Source: Amoebidium appalachense (taxonomy: Eukaryota > Protista > Ichthyosporea). From it: a stretch of DNA of 64,000 nucleotides. Positions 1 through 12,017 of the stretch are shown in pieces. Numbering within the stretch: position 1 is the stretch's first letter; every line of letters starts with the position of its first letter. The position numbers and the translations under genes are program-made. The stretch is from contig CAVNZM010000010.1 of NCBI GenBank assembly GCA_963693365.1, positions 372,001 to 436,000 on the forward strand. Reading direction: 5' to 3'. Under the pieces are notes generated by a model. It searched no databases. It was given only the letters and a program-made list of their open reading frames with translations, and had not been told where the DNA came from.

Positions 1-418
1 GGTATGTGCTTTTTGGCTACGAGAGCCAATCACATACGGTTCACGGTTCTGTCCCATGGCTATCACGGTTCCAATAAACCTAGTGAGCCAATCGGGTGAC
101 AGTATTGATTATCGATGCATTCCACAGTCATACCTCACGGCTACTTGCATATTTTCCCATGATAAAACTATAACTTAACGCTCATGGTTCCTCTACTACG
201 TGTCGGTCCCATGTGGCTATTATATCTGTTTTCCCATGAATAATCCTGCAAGTTGCACGTGCACATATGTTTAACTCCATGCTCATGCGCACAAGACTGG
301 GGGGGACATGCATACTGGCCTACCTAAGATCAAACACAGTGGTATATATACATGTACACGTGTGCGTATATCTCAACCTGTGTACATCCATACTAGATAT
401 CCGGTATAATATACCACA
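1..418 (-). repeat. 3' LTR of element A (partial)
   Basis: Direct repeat of 14170-14590. Begins TGTGGTAT on the minus strand, immediately after the G-rich tract GGTGGGGCG (419-427, PPT). Confidence 0.95.
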
Positions 419-458
419 CGCCCCACCGTAAAAAGAAGTATGTCGTCCTCGACATACG

Positions 459-2308
459 TCACCATGCTCCACACAATGAGTCAATGTATCCGTGGAACGA
501 TGCAAGGTCACCTCTGCGTTGGTGGAACTCTCGGATCTTGTCCGGGCAGGCTAAGTCTTTCTCACACTCCCAAGAGGTGAATGAATCATCTTTGCCTGCC
601 CACTTGATCTGGTACCACTTGTAAGGGGTGGATTGCTTGCGCCGTTTCTGAATTCTTACGTCAAGCACCTTTTCCACCACCCACTCGTCCGGCAGAACCT
701 TGTTGAAGTTGTGACTATCGCCCGTGTCCGGGAGGTGAGAGAGATCTTGAGGCCGAATTCTATTTTGCTCACTCAATTCAAGCTGAATATCGTCCACGTG
801 CCACTTAGATTTCTTCATAGTTGCTAAGCTTCGGATCTCGTACGTGACCGGGCCGACCCTTTTGACGATTTCGTAACCCGTAATCCACCGTACATCCCAG
901 GCACCGATATTTTTGGCTTGATTCCGAACACGTATCCGTGCACCCTTCTTAAATTCACGAGCCACCGAGGGGCCTGGGGGCTCTCGTACGGCACGTTGCT
1001 GGACCACAGCACGGAGCAGAGGCAGACGGGCTAGTAACTCTCGCCGGTATGCCTTCCACTCTGGGTCCTTGAGTGCCGGGTGGTTACTGCTAAGAAGGGC
1101 AACGTCAGGGAATTGTGTTGCTTCTTGCCCGTACACAAGATAATACGGTGTACATTGCAAAATTTTGTGTGTTGTTGTGTTGTATGCATGTGTAACCACC
1201 GGCAACAGAGTGTCCCAATTAGTGTGCTCATAATTAACGTACTTTGAGAGTGCATTATTAATAAATCTATGAGACCGTTCATTGGAACCGTTGCTTTGTG
1301 GGTGATATGCAGAGGTGCTCACTTGTGCAATATTTGCTATACGGCAAATCTCAATAATTAGCTCATTGAGAAATTCTGATCCTTGATCACTCAAGAGTGT
1401 ACGAGGGGGGCCGTGTATATAGCAAATTACATTCATGAGTGCATGTGCAACATTAACGGCATGCTTAGATTGGATGGGCACAGTGATTAAATACTTCGTT
1501 GCCATATCCATAAACACACAAATGAAAGTATTACCATTTTTCGTTTCTGTGAACGGACCCATAAGGTCAACAGAAACACGAGAGAACATTTTTAAATTTT
1601 CGTATCTCTGTTCAAATGGCCTACTTCTCAAGTGTGGGTTATCGTTACGGCCTTGGCACTCAGGCTGTGTGCAGGCATTCACATAAGCAGTGATATCTTT
1701 GTGCATGCGTGGCCAATAATAATTGTATAATCTTTCGTAAGTTCGTTCAATGCCAGTATGAGCCCCCCCGTCGTGCACACTTCTTAATAAATCAGCACGA
1801 AGGATTTCGGGCACATACAGGCAACGACGACCATCCTTAGCCACATGATAAAGCACGTCATCCTCTATCACACACATTTGTGCTATTTTCTTAACCTTTT
1901 TGTATCCGAAATACTCAAGATTAAGACCGTGTGCAGCTCGTTCCCCCCCTGCCTGCCATTCTCGTTTGGCCTCGGCTTCGAGGGAGGCAAGCCACCGTAG
2001 CCACGTGATTATATCCTTACACATTTTGTCCCCCCCTGTGCCATCATAATTGCTTCCTTCTGATAGCCGGCACCACCGAGTGCAGAAAGGGAGGGCAGGC
2101 CGGCTTGACTGAGTGCAGAAATTTGTGCACATTTCAAGCGGTCTGGATCGAAAATGTGTGTGAATTCGAGTGCATCACCCCAATCAACAAACACTTCTGC
2201 TGGTTTCGAGCTAAGCTCGGATAAATCTGCTGTGAGAACCTCTTGTAATTCCTTTTTCACATCCCACCTTTCCAGTGGTATGTTTTCGTTCTCATGCAGA
2301 ATATATCC
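459..2308 (-). CDS. pol: Element A pol, C-terminal part: linker, integrase (HHCC, DDE) and chromodomain
   Basis: HDGGAH...C-x4-C zinc motif; VDLMGP, SDQGSEF and NGSNERSH catalytic motifs; C-terminal WVVEKVLD...YQIKWAG...SWECEKDL chromodomain. One frameshift lies in the C run near 2030-2037 (possible homopolymer error). Confidence 0.93.
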
Positions 2309-2912
2309 TGTCATGTGCTGAGCTGATTCGTATTAGTTTGCTTCTATATTTCGTGTTTTGGTGAGTGAATTTCGGGGGTTTTCTTGCATAGTGATGCCGG
2401 GGTCTAAGTGGGGTATTAGGAGATTAATCAGTGGTATGGGGAGAACCTGATGCAGCGGCGGCTGATTGTTTGGTGCGCGCGTGCATGCCCCATGCCTCTG
2501 CGTACTCTGCATGTTATATGTTGTATTGCTTCTTGCTGTGTGCTTGGCGAGACCCATGTTGCCTGCTCGCGTGTGTGTATGCTTATATGTATTGTGAGTA
2601 AAGGTGTGTACGTGTTGTAGTGCTGTAGGGGTGTCTCAGGTGGCGGTAGCCAATGGTGTGGAGTGCGTGTAGTCTGTGGGGGAGGGAGTGTTGTGATTGG
2701 CTGAATGTCACTGTGGTATTTGTCTGGCCAGTGGGCCGCGTGTCTGTGAAGTGTCTCGCGGGGTCGCGGGCTTTTCGAAGTTCTTCTCAGGACTCGTTTA
2801 CTCGCTTCCCACCCAACTCAAAGAAAAGTTTATACGTATACACGGTTTCGAGCCCCTTTAAGCGTGCAGATAGTTAGAGTAGTTTGTATACACACTGTTT
2901 GTTGCCACGACA
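2309..2912 (+). repeat. 5' LTR of element B
   Basis: TG...CA ends; direct repeat of 5211-5802. Confidence 0.95.
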
Positions 2913-2924
2913 AGCTACACCCCC
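2913..2924 (+). promoter_or_regulatory. Putative primer-binding site of B (AGCTACACCCCC)
   Basis: Abuts the 5' LTR. Identical to 12 nt of the site abutting A's 5' LTR. Reverse complement GGGGGTGTAGCT resembles a tRNA-Ala 5' end. Confidence 0.7.
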
Positions 2925-3029
2925 TTTCTCTGCAGTTTTTTGCAGGGAGGGGGCACACGCACTGTTAGTCCTTCTGGGCTGTTGCTTTCACCCCTAGTTT
3001 TTTTTTTTTTCTCTTCACGCCTAGCGGTT

Positions 3030-4252
3030 ATGAGTGGCTTTGACTTAGGACTTTTTCGACAGTTAGAGGTAGAAGAAACATACGCACACACAGGCCTACA
3101 GCTAGCAACAGTTGGCTTAGGCAACATGAGCAGTAGGACTAGTATCACAGGGGACTTAGTCCTCGCTCAGGACCTCGCCCTCCCTAGGTGGCTTAGCAAG
3201 CTCAGGGCTGTTTGCCCAGCAGAGGCCACTGAGGGGAAGGACGTCCAAACCCCTCGAAGGATGGCCACACTCATCATGAACACTGTGGGCTCCTCAATGC
3301 TGGAGTTCCAGAAAGTGCTTGAAAGCACACAACTGCCTACCGACGAGCCGTCTGTGCGCACAGTTGCGTACGCCCGCACAGTGGCGGGTGGAGCCCGCAA
3401 CCCGGCCGCACTCCAGCTGGCCGCCCGCTACGAAGCGGCCAACGCACAGGTGCCTCTTGTTACAGGCGGCTCCGGGGACGTGGTTGAGGTTTTGCGCCCC
3501 GAGAATGAGCTTGAGTGGCTTGACAGGGCGGTGGCCAAGTACCTGGACGACGGACGACGACGGGAGTTTGACGCTGATCTCAGACAAGCTAAGTTTACTT
3601 ACCCCCCCCTCACCATGTCTGTGACCGAAGCTAGAACCCACTTTGAGCTGTTCGAAGAAAATTTTCGTGCTCTTGTGTTTCTTGCTGGGTTGGAGAATGA
3701 TGCTCATGGAAAGTTTCATGCTGCGCGCTCTCTGTTTGTAGATAGCAGTCAGTTTGGTGAGCTGTTTGCTCAGCATGAAGAGCAAGCATGAGGTAGACTT
3801 GGCGTGGAGGGCGGTGAAGAGGCGGTTTTTAGCGCAGTTTGAGAGTAAGCTGGCTATGAGGGATAAGCATGCTGCTGAGGTTATGGAGGTAAAGCATGGG
3901 GCTGGGCAGGACACGCCTACACTCACTGCTCTCTTGAAGCAGGTGGCTGTGCTCACCAAGCGTCTGGAGGAGAAGGACCAGGGAGGGGGACCGGTACAGA
4001 GGAGACAGGTACCGGGACCGTGAGAGGGAGGAGGGCAGAGGCCTCAGAGGGGACCGGCGGCGGTCACCCTCCCCACGGCGCTACCAGCCCTACCAGCCAC
4101 GGCCACAGCGGGATGATGGGCCAGGCTGGCGTCGTCGGGCGGGACAGCAAGAGCCGGCGCCGGACTCTTTCCCAGGCACCTGCGACAACTGCAAGGAGCG
4201 GGGGCACACATACGCGTGGTGCAAACAGCCCCGTCGTGGGGGACGTCGGTGA
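3030..4252 (+). CDS. gag: Gag of element B (two frameshifts, near 3780 and 3985), ending in a CCHC zinc knuckle
   Basis: ATG at 3030 (MSGFDLGLFRQ), helical capsid-like region, Arg-rich region, then CDNCKERGHTYAWC at 4181-4222 and TGA at 4250-4252. Confidence 0.8.
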
Positions 4253-5210
4253 CCGTGTTGCAGGTATGAAGGTTTTATTAGGGGGTAGGCCGTCTCTTGG
4301 GTTGTTCAAGTTGTTGTTGTATGGGAGTTGTGTGGTGTGTTTTTTTCGCTGAGTTTTCTACTGGTGCCTGGCGTTTTCGACGTGTGTATGAGTCCTGTGT
4401 TGGCGACGTGTCTGGTTAGGGTCAGTGGAATAGAAAGTCCTGCTGCTGTCTGGGAGCTCGGCCCTCTGACGAGGGGGCTGGGGGGGGGGGTCGAAGTGTA
4501 GTCATGGCAGTGGCAGGCCCCCACTGTTGTGAACCCCCGTCGTCAAAGGGCCTGGTGCTGAGGCCCCTTGGAGTGGCTGCCCTGGGCCTGGTGTTGAGGC
4601 CCTTTGGAGTGGCTGCCCGTAGTGTTGTTGAGTAGTGTTGTGGTGCCCAGTGCAGCAGTAGGCCTTAGACACACCGCTGTGTAGGGCACGGTTGGGGCGG
4701 AGGCATTCCCAAACCACCGGGACCTACGTAGTAGGAGTCTTTGTCGGGTAGAGGAATGGCCAGCAAGAGAGTCTGGAGGTGTACGTCACATGAGTCTGGA
4801 GGTGTTCGTCATGGCATGTTTGGACAATGTGTTAGGAATTCTTTGTGGATGGGGCATGCTGAGTGTGGTTGTATGGATGGTGTCTGTTATCATGTCTGTT
4901 GCTATGTTCCACTCGATATAACATTGTGCCAGGGGCATGGGGTTTTGGGTGCAGGTTGTGGACGGGGGCAGAGGTGCATCTACAGGGCAACGTCAGTGGC
5001 GGTTCATAATTATCCTTGTTTTGGGGTTGGGTTGGGTATTAACCATGGTGGGGTGGTGTGTGGATGCATGTATATGTTTTATGTTATATGTTAAATGTTG
5101 CTTCCTGCATGGGTAGCGGTAGTTGTAGTCGCTCAGCACATAACTTTATTTTGTTTTTAGGTAGTTTTTACTGAGGTGGAACTCAGTTATTTTCTGTGCG
5201 AGGGGGGAGT

Positions 5211-5802
5211 TGTCATGTGCTGAGCTGATTCGTATTAGTTTGCTTCTATATTTCGTGTTTTGGTGAGTGAATTTCGGGGGTTTTCTTGCATAGTGATGCC
5301 GGGGTCTAAGTGGGGTATTAGGAGATTAATCAGTGGTATGGGGAGAACCTGATGCAGCGGCGGCTGATTGTTTGGTGCGCGCGTGCATGCCCCATGCCTC
5401 TGCGTACTCTGCATGTTATATGTTGTATTGCTTCTTGCTGTGTGCTTGGCGAGACCCATGTTGCCTGCTCGCGTGTGTGTATGCTTATATGTATTGTGAG
5501 TAAAGGTGTGTACGTGTTGTAGTGCTGTAGGGGTGTCTCAGGTGGCGGTAGCCAATGGTGTGGAGTGCGTGTAGTCTGTGGGGGAGGGAGTGTTGTGATT
5601 GGCTGAATGTCACTGTGGTATTTGTCTGGCCATCTGTGAAGTGTCTCGCGGGGTCGCGGGCTTTTCGAAGTTCTTCTCAGGACTCGTTTACTCGCTTCCC
5701 ACCCAACTCAAAGAAAAGTTTATACGTATACACGGTTTCGAGCCCCTTTAAGCGTGCAGATAGTTAGAGTAGTTTGTATACACACTGTTTGTTGCCACGA
5801 CA
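5211..5802 (+). repeat. 3' LTR of element B
   Basis: Direct repeat of 2309-2912, preceded by the PPT. Confidence 0.95.
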
Positions 5803-7944
5803 TATCCTATACGGCTTAACCCATCAGCATCGTGCATGGTAGGGCCAGGACGGTAGTATAGATCGAAATCATACTCCTGCATTTCCAAAGCCCACCGTTG
5901 CATCCGTTCGTTTGCTATCCGTTTGACACCTTTAAGAGAAAGACAGGGCTTATGGTCACTTTCCACAATAGTATTCACTCGACCATACACGTACACCCTA
6001 AACTCTTTCAGTGCCCAATAGATTGCATGCGTTTCTCGTTCGATGTTGCTCCACCTACGTTCGGTAGGTTGAAACATCCGGGAGGCATATGCCACCGTGC
6101 GGAACTTGCCATCTTTTTGTTTTTGATACAGGCAAGCCCCTTCCGAGAACCGACTAGCATCACAACGAATAAGAAACTGACCCCCCGTGGGGGAAAGATC
6201 GGGCAGGGCAAGCACTTCCTCCGATAACGCCGATTTTAAATCTTTAAACGAGCGATCTAATTCGTCCGTCCATTTTAACCGTCGGTGTTTTTCTCCGTAA
6301 CACTCGGCATTCATGGGTCGGGCTCGCTCTGCATAATTTAAAATGTGACGGCGGAGATAGGAAGTAATACCCAGAAAACACCGGAGTTGGTGTAGTGTGT
6401 TTGGTACCGGCCAATCTTTCACTGCCTGAACCTTTTTCGGGTCGGGCCGAATGCCATTCACACCTACAATCCAACCCAAAAACGGTATTTCCGTTAGCCC
6501 AATGTATGTCTTTGCCCCATCGAGCTTAACACCATATTCACCGAGACGGGTGAAAAGTCGGTCAAGCTTCTGTAATAATTCTTTTTCGGTGTGTGCACCC
6601 ACAGCTAAATCATCGGCATATATCACCACGTCATCGGCCAGGGGGGCCAAAATCTGTGTCATGATAGATGCTAGCTGGGACGGGGAAGTACTGAGCCCCT
6701 GTGGTGCCACACAATAACGATACTGCACACCAGCCACAGAAAATCCTGTTTTTTCACGTGACTCAGCGTCTAGCAGTATTTGGTAAAAGGCACCCGACAT
6801 ATCAGCTTTACAGAAATACTTATACCCAGCCAACTTCTCTATTTGTTGTTGCAAGTTGGGCATGGGCCAGGCAGATTTTCGAATTTGCTTGTTAAGAGCA
6901 CGAAAATCAGTCAGCAGACGGTATTTTCCGTTTGGTTTTCGTATTACGAAGGTGGGTGAATTATACTGGCTGTGTGCTTGTTCCATCTGCCCTCTACGAC
7001 ACATATCCTCCACGATCTCCTTTGCAGCCTGCTCTTTCACTTGTTCCAACCTCCACTGTTTTAATCGAATCGGTGGGTTATCTCCCGTGTCTATGTGCAT
7101 GGTGAATCCTTTAATCTGAGGAAATTCGTCGGGGTCCGTAGTGATGAAGCAACGAGAGTGTGCTTCTAATAGTTTCTTTACCTCCGGAAGCATACTCTGA
7201 GGCACCCTATTCCAATCAAAACCGTGGGGAGCCTGGCCGGCATCGTGTGCACCCCCACCCGAAATTTCCGAAATTTTCCGCGGGGGGGGGGGTTTTCATG
7301 ATCAACGGCACACATTGATTGGTCGATCGGTGAGTGTATCGGACCGCCTCGTGTCCCACTCACATGCCCTTCGTGCCCACACATGTTATCGGTAGGCACC
7401 CGGCCCGGTGGCACGGCCGGAGGTGAATTGGGTAGGCAACCTTCTCCACCCCCCGTTGCCCACCTGATGCACTGCGCTATTGCACCAACGACGGTTTGTG
7501 TACGACTGGGGTGGGGTTCGGCTTGCAAAACACTCAGTTCGTGTATGTACTCATGTCGGCTCGTAGGAACGAAATGGCCGATGGTACCGAACACGCTCAA
7601 ATCCGGACCCACACCATTTTCGCACACAACAGCAATAGATTTATCCACACTAATTTCACAGATGGTGGGGGGGGACTTATCTCGAAATTCACGAGTAGGC
7701 TCGAAGATACCGAGGGTGCCAGCAGCAGCAGCAGCAGCAGTCACCTGCACCGTTGCACGTAATACACATCCAAAGCCTGATTTGACGGTGGTGTCGTGCT
7801 TGACGGTAACAGGACACATTGTGTAGGGGGTGTGCAAAGATGACGTCGGCACCACCATCCCCGACACCAGTGTTAGTGAGTGTGCTTGATGATTAGTGGT
7901 GGCAATGTGTTTGTTGGCAAAATCGTTCCCAATAATCATGTCAT
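5803..7944 (-). CDS. pol: Element A pol, middle part: protease C-terminus, spacer, reverse transcriptase and RNase H
   Basis: IIGNDF (protease); LLTDFRALNK, APQGL and YADD (RT); CDAS, ERETHA, SDHKP and DADGLSR (RNase H). One frameshift lies in the G run at 7282-7292. Confidence 0.95.
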
Positions 7945-8424
7945 TGTAAACAGTTGGACTAGTTAGGATAAGGCAGAGTACAACTGAATCAAAATAAAGA
8001 CAGAGAACGGGTAGAAAGGCACACGTGGCCAGGTTGCTTTTACTATGGGCCGACTCAGTCTGTCTCAGACTTCACTGATGTGATCCCCGTACTGGGACGG
8101 CTTTGTTATATAGCCCCCAGGTTTCGGATCAAGGCCCAGGATTGGTTCATCCGCGGCCAGCGCGGGTGGCAACATGCCATTCGTGATTCTGGTGCGGTCC
8201 GAGCCAGTCAGACCTTTGTCCTATTTATGCAAACCTCTTATTGGTTCACTTCGTTTATGTGGTATGCAGCTGAAGAACCATATATGGTTCAATTCTTAGG
8301 TCAGAGTGAGTCCTATTGGTGCGGACATAATATTTATGTGATATTCATGACAAAGCACGAATCGTGTGCTAGTAGATCACATTCTTTAGTAAACATGTAC
8401 AGTTCATGTGTACAGTTGTTTACA
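7945..8424 (-). repeat. 3' LTR of element C
   Basis: Direct repeat of 11019-11498. Confidence 0.95.
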
Positions 8425-8899
8425 CTCCCCCCCTTGTCGGGAGCCTGGTGGTGTCGTTAGACAAGCAAACCACCAGGCTGAGAGGCGATAAACAACCTTC
8501 AGCGAGAATTCTTGTGTGTGCCGAGCTGCTGGACAGAACAGAGCAAGGACGGTGGAATAGAGTTGTGCACGTCTATGAGCACTTCTTCATTTGCCAAAAC
8601 GTAAATTCATGCAGCATTCTTCTGTGATTTCATTTTCGTGGCGAAGATTGTTGCAGAGTGTGCGTGCGAATAATTCGCTAAGCCTTCGTCTCTGTGCTTG
8701 GCTTTTCTGTAGAAGTAGTATTTTCCTTTTTGGGAATTTTTCCTTTTTAGGATACTCCCGCAGATTCGTTTTCAATTGCGAGTAATTTGGTTGTGTGGAT
8801 GAATGATCATACCAAACATTCGATAATGAATATAACTCGAGCCTTAGGTCACTTCGTAGCTCAGGTAGTGGTGGATAGCTTCAAGGCTTAGCCACTGCT

Positions 8900-10000
8900 C
8901 CTTATCCCGGTTCTACCATAAGACTGTAAGGCGAGTCACCATGGCCGGAAAAGCCGCTTCTTTCATGAACAAATAGCACTTCTTTCCTTTCAGCTTTAAC
9001 TCTGCATCATCGGAGCTGGGAAAAACATGAATAAAAATGCCCAAGTGTTCTTCGTTGGGCGACATAAAGAAATATATCACCCGTCAGAACCAGTAAAAGC
9101 CCGGTTCATAATTCATAAGAAGAGGGTAGGCAAAGCAAGCCTTCTTCAGAAAACACCTGCTTCCATTCGTGAGCAGTTTTCGTATCCCATTTGCCAGCCA
9201 TTTTCGTTGAGCAGGGGGATTCCAGGCATAATACATTCTTCTGGAGGCTTGGCCTAAAAAGAAAAGTCGTCGGAGTCGCCCTTTCTTTTGTAAGCAACTT
9301 CGTGAGCGCGCTTCGTGTTTTCATATCCTCCAGTGCAGGTCTGGATGGTGCCCCATCCTCTGCTTCATTTGTAGGTGGCCCTACTGTAGGTTCTGTTCGT
9401 TGTGTGGAATACCAAAACCATTCGTATTCGTGGAACTGCTTTGTGCTGTGCTTTCTTTCGTGTTGGTGTTCATGAAGTTACCCCGTTCACACACCCTACT
9501 TCTTACATACATTAGATGTAAGTAGCTGCCTGGTGAGTGTGTGGTTCGTGTTCGTGGCATTCTTCTGTTCCTTCGTGAGAAGAATATTCGTTTTAGCAGA
9601 GGTGCCCAATAAGGCAGCTTGTGGGGTTGTCTCCCGCATGTGCCCATTGGTGGGGTATGCACGTGCTAAATTGTTACAGTGTCATCATATTGCAAGGGAA
9701 TAACATGGTCACCTCCGTACCAGGGCCTAGTAGGTACACATGATGGTCCGATGTGTTAGTCAACAACACCTTGCATTCGTATTCGTATTTGTCTTCCACG
9801 TCACTTTCTTCAGTAGTGAAGGAGGGTATTCGTAATTCGAAACTGAAAGGCTTCCAGCCAAAATACTGACACTGTATGATGGGGTTGTGAGGGAGCGGTG
9901 CCCATACCACATTCTTTTGTTCTGGTGGGGGTGTGCCGGCAGCTAGTGCAAGGCTTGACAGTGTAATTGGTATGTTACACCGTATTGCCACAGACGGGCA
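8900..10000 (-). pseudogene. Highly decayed pol remnants in element C
   Basis: Stop-riddled minus frame contains SPNEEHLGIFIHVF...LKLKGKKCYLFMKEAAF, resembling the post-YxDD RT segment. CKVLLTNTSDHHVYLLGPGTEV resembles the PR-RT spacer (dUTPase-like) seen in some Gypsy elements. Confidence 0.5.
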
Positions 10001-10921
10001 TTCACCTTAAAATTCGTACCCAACACCTTCTTTGTTTTTCACATGCATGAACAAAAGTTCTGCATCGACTTTATTACATGCCTTTTGTGCACCAAGAGTG
10101 CAAATTCGTTAGGGCGTGGCACCAGGAAGGGCCGCCATACATGAGTCAGGCATATGTTCGTAATGTGTTTAGGCATGCCAGCATACATTCATGCGCATGT
10201 TGTGCATCCTGGGCGCTAAACTATGGGGCATGCTGTATTCGAGAACAGCAAGGGATTCGAAGCATGCATGCAACACTACTTTCATAAGATCTTAGGTCCT
10301 ACATGCTATAGCAACAGCGACTATCTTCTTCGTTAAGTGCATTTGTGCTGAAAGTGGCCGTGCATCTGGCTTGCGAGTGTGGACGTGCATGCGGTGGCAT
10401 GGACACGATGGCAGTGTGCAATAGGGCAATGCACGCAAGGGCAACGGTTTTATTTTCTTCCTAACATAGAGGGGGCTGTGTGCATTGCAACCCAAGCAGT
10501 GTTGTGCATTCGTCCTTTCATTTTCGTATTTCCAGTTCATTTTGCTTTCGTTTTTCGTTTTTTGTCGTTTGATAACTTCGTTACTTCGTTTTGTTTTCGT
10601 GTTGCATTCATTTCGTATTTCCTCTATGCAATCGTTTGTCGTTAATTCTTTATTTCATTGCGTATTCGTGATGGTTCGTTTTTCGTTGGTTCATTGCTTC
10701 GTTAGCAATTCTTTATTCGTTTGTTCGTGTATTCGTTGTTTCGTTGTGTATTCGTTTTTCTTCACATTTTTGATGTGTCGTAGCAAAAGAAGTTTTACAT
10801 GCTTTCAATTCTTTCCGTGTAGGTGGGCTGGCCACTTCAAACTTGTAGGTGTATATATTCTAAGCCGGACAAGGAAAGATGTGCCTATCATCGGGGTAAA
10901 AAGGATTGTGATCGGCCATGG

Positions 10922-11005
10922 GAGATTCTTGAGCTGATTGAAAGATGTGAGATTCTTGAACTGATTGAAAGATGTGAGATTCGAAGGATGCGAGATTCTT
11001 GAACT
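10922..11005. repeat. Short tandem repeat (GAGATTCTTGAACTGATTGAAAGATGT-like, ~3 copies) in C's 5' UTR
   Basis: Visible directly in the sequence, next to C's PBS. Confidence 0.8.
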
Positions 11006-11017
11006 GCGCGGTCGCCA
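11001..11017 (-). promoter_or_regulatory. Canonical tRNA-3'-end PBS of element C
   Basis: TGGCGACCGCGCAGTTC lies 1 nt after the 5' LTR and starts with TGG (complement of CCA). Confidence 0.8.
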
Positions 11018-11018
11018 A

Positions 11019-11498
11019 TGTAAACAGTTGGACTAGTTAGGATAAGGCAGAGTACAACTGAATCAAAATAAAGACAGAGAACGGGTAGAAAGGCACACGT
11101 GGCCAGGTTGCTTTTACTATGGGCCGACTCAGTCTGTCTCAGACTTCACTGATGTGATCCCCGTACTGGGACGGCTTTGTTATATAGCCCCCAGGTTTCG
11201 GATCAAGGCCCAGGATTGGTTCATCCGCGGCCAGCGCGGGTGGCAACATGCCATTCGTGATTCTGGTGCGGTCCGAGCCAGTCAGACCTTTGTCCTATTT
11301 ATGCAAACCTCTTATTGGTTCACTTCGTTTATGTGGTATGCAGCTGAAGAACCATATATGGTTCAATTCTTAGGTCAGAGTGAGTCCTATTGGTGCGGAC
11401 ATAATATTTATGTGATATTCATGACAAAGCACGAATCGTGTGCTAGTAGATCACATTCTTTAGTAAACATGTACAGTTCATGTGTACAGTTGTTTACA
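11019..11498 (-). repeat. 5' LTR of element C
   Basis: Direct repeat of 7945-8424. Confidence 0.95.
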
Positions 11499-12017
11499 GT
11501 CATGCTTAATATTTTTAATTACTAAGCAAGGCCACATGAATGTTTGAGAACCGAGGCATAACGGGAGCATTACTTCACCACTCACAGCTAGAGCTTTATC
11601 GTTTTTCCTTACAGAAGTAACAATCACATCCGAGGGTTGCAAAGCAAACTCCTGCATGTGTCGGGAAAAAACAGCTTCACTAACCACCGTGAATGATGCC
11701 CCAGTGTCAAACAATGCAAAGTATTTTTCATTACTCAACGTAACATTAACATAGATACGTCTTCCTGCATTGCATATGGCACTTATATTGAACACTTTTC
11801 TTATTCTATCGAGTGTTCGAAGTTTCTTTGTGGGGGGGGATAGGTGTGGGGGGGTGGGGGGTCGGGGGTCGGGGGAAGAGGGCTCGGAGGGGGGAATATC
11901 AGAAGAAGCCGGGGCAGAAGCACATGGTATAGGCACATTTTTAATTACTTTTTCGTGACCCACTGGGTCACAATGTGCAATACATGCCGTATTCGTGCTT
12001 CCAGCACCGGCAATTAC
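11499..12017 (-). CDS. pol: Element A pol, N-terminal part: aspartic protease, in frame with gag
   Basis: ALFDTGAS active site. The frame is open from directly after the gag TAG (12018-12020) to the C insertion. Confidence 0.9.

Larger units (their letters stand above)
2309..5802 (+). mobile_element. Non-autonomous gag-only LTR retrotransposon (element B) nested in A's pol
   Basis: LTRs 2309-2912 and 5211-5802 (TGTCATG...CACGACA) differ by one 12-bp indel. 5-bp TSD TATCC at 2304-2308 and 5803-5807. PPT GAGGGGGGAG at 5200-5209. No pol motifs seen internally. Confidence 0.95.
7945..11498 (-). mobile_element. Non-autonomous LTR retrotransposon (element C) nested in A's protease
   Basis: 480-bp LTRs at 7945-8424 and 11019-11498 (TGTAAACA...TGTTTACA) look identical. 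[22 protein letters not shown] at 8425-8435 (minus). Canonical PBS TGGCGACCGCGCAG next to 11018. Confidence 0.95.

Noticed and set aside
7282-7292. Programmed frameshifts within A's pol (here and at ~2030-2037)
   Set aside because: Both lie in long G/C homopolymers without a canonical slippery heptamer; sequencing error or slippage mutation is more likely.
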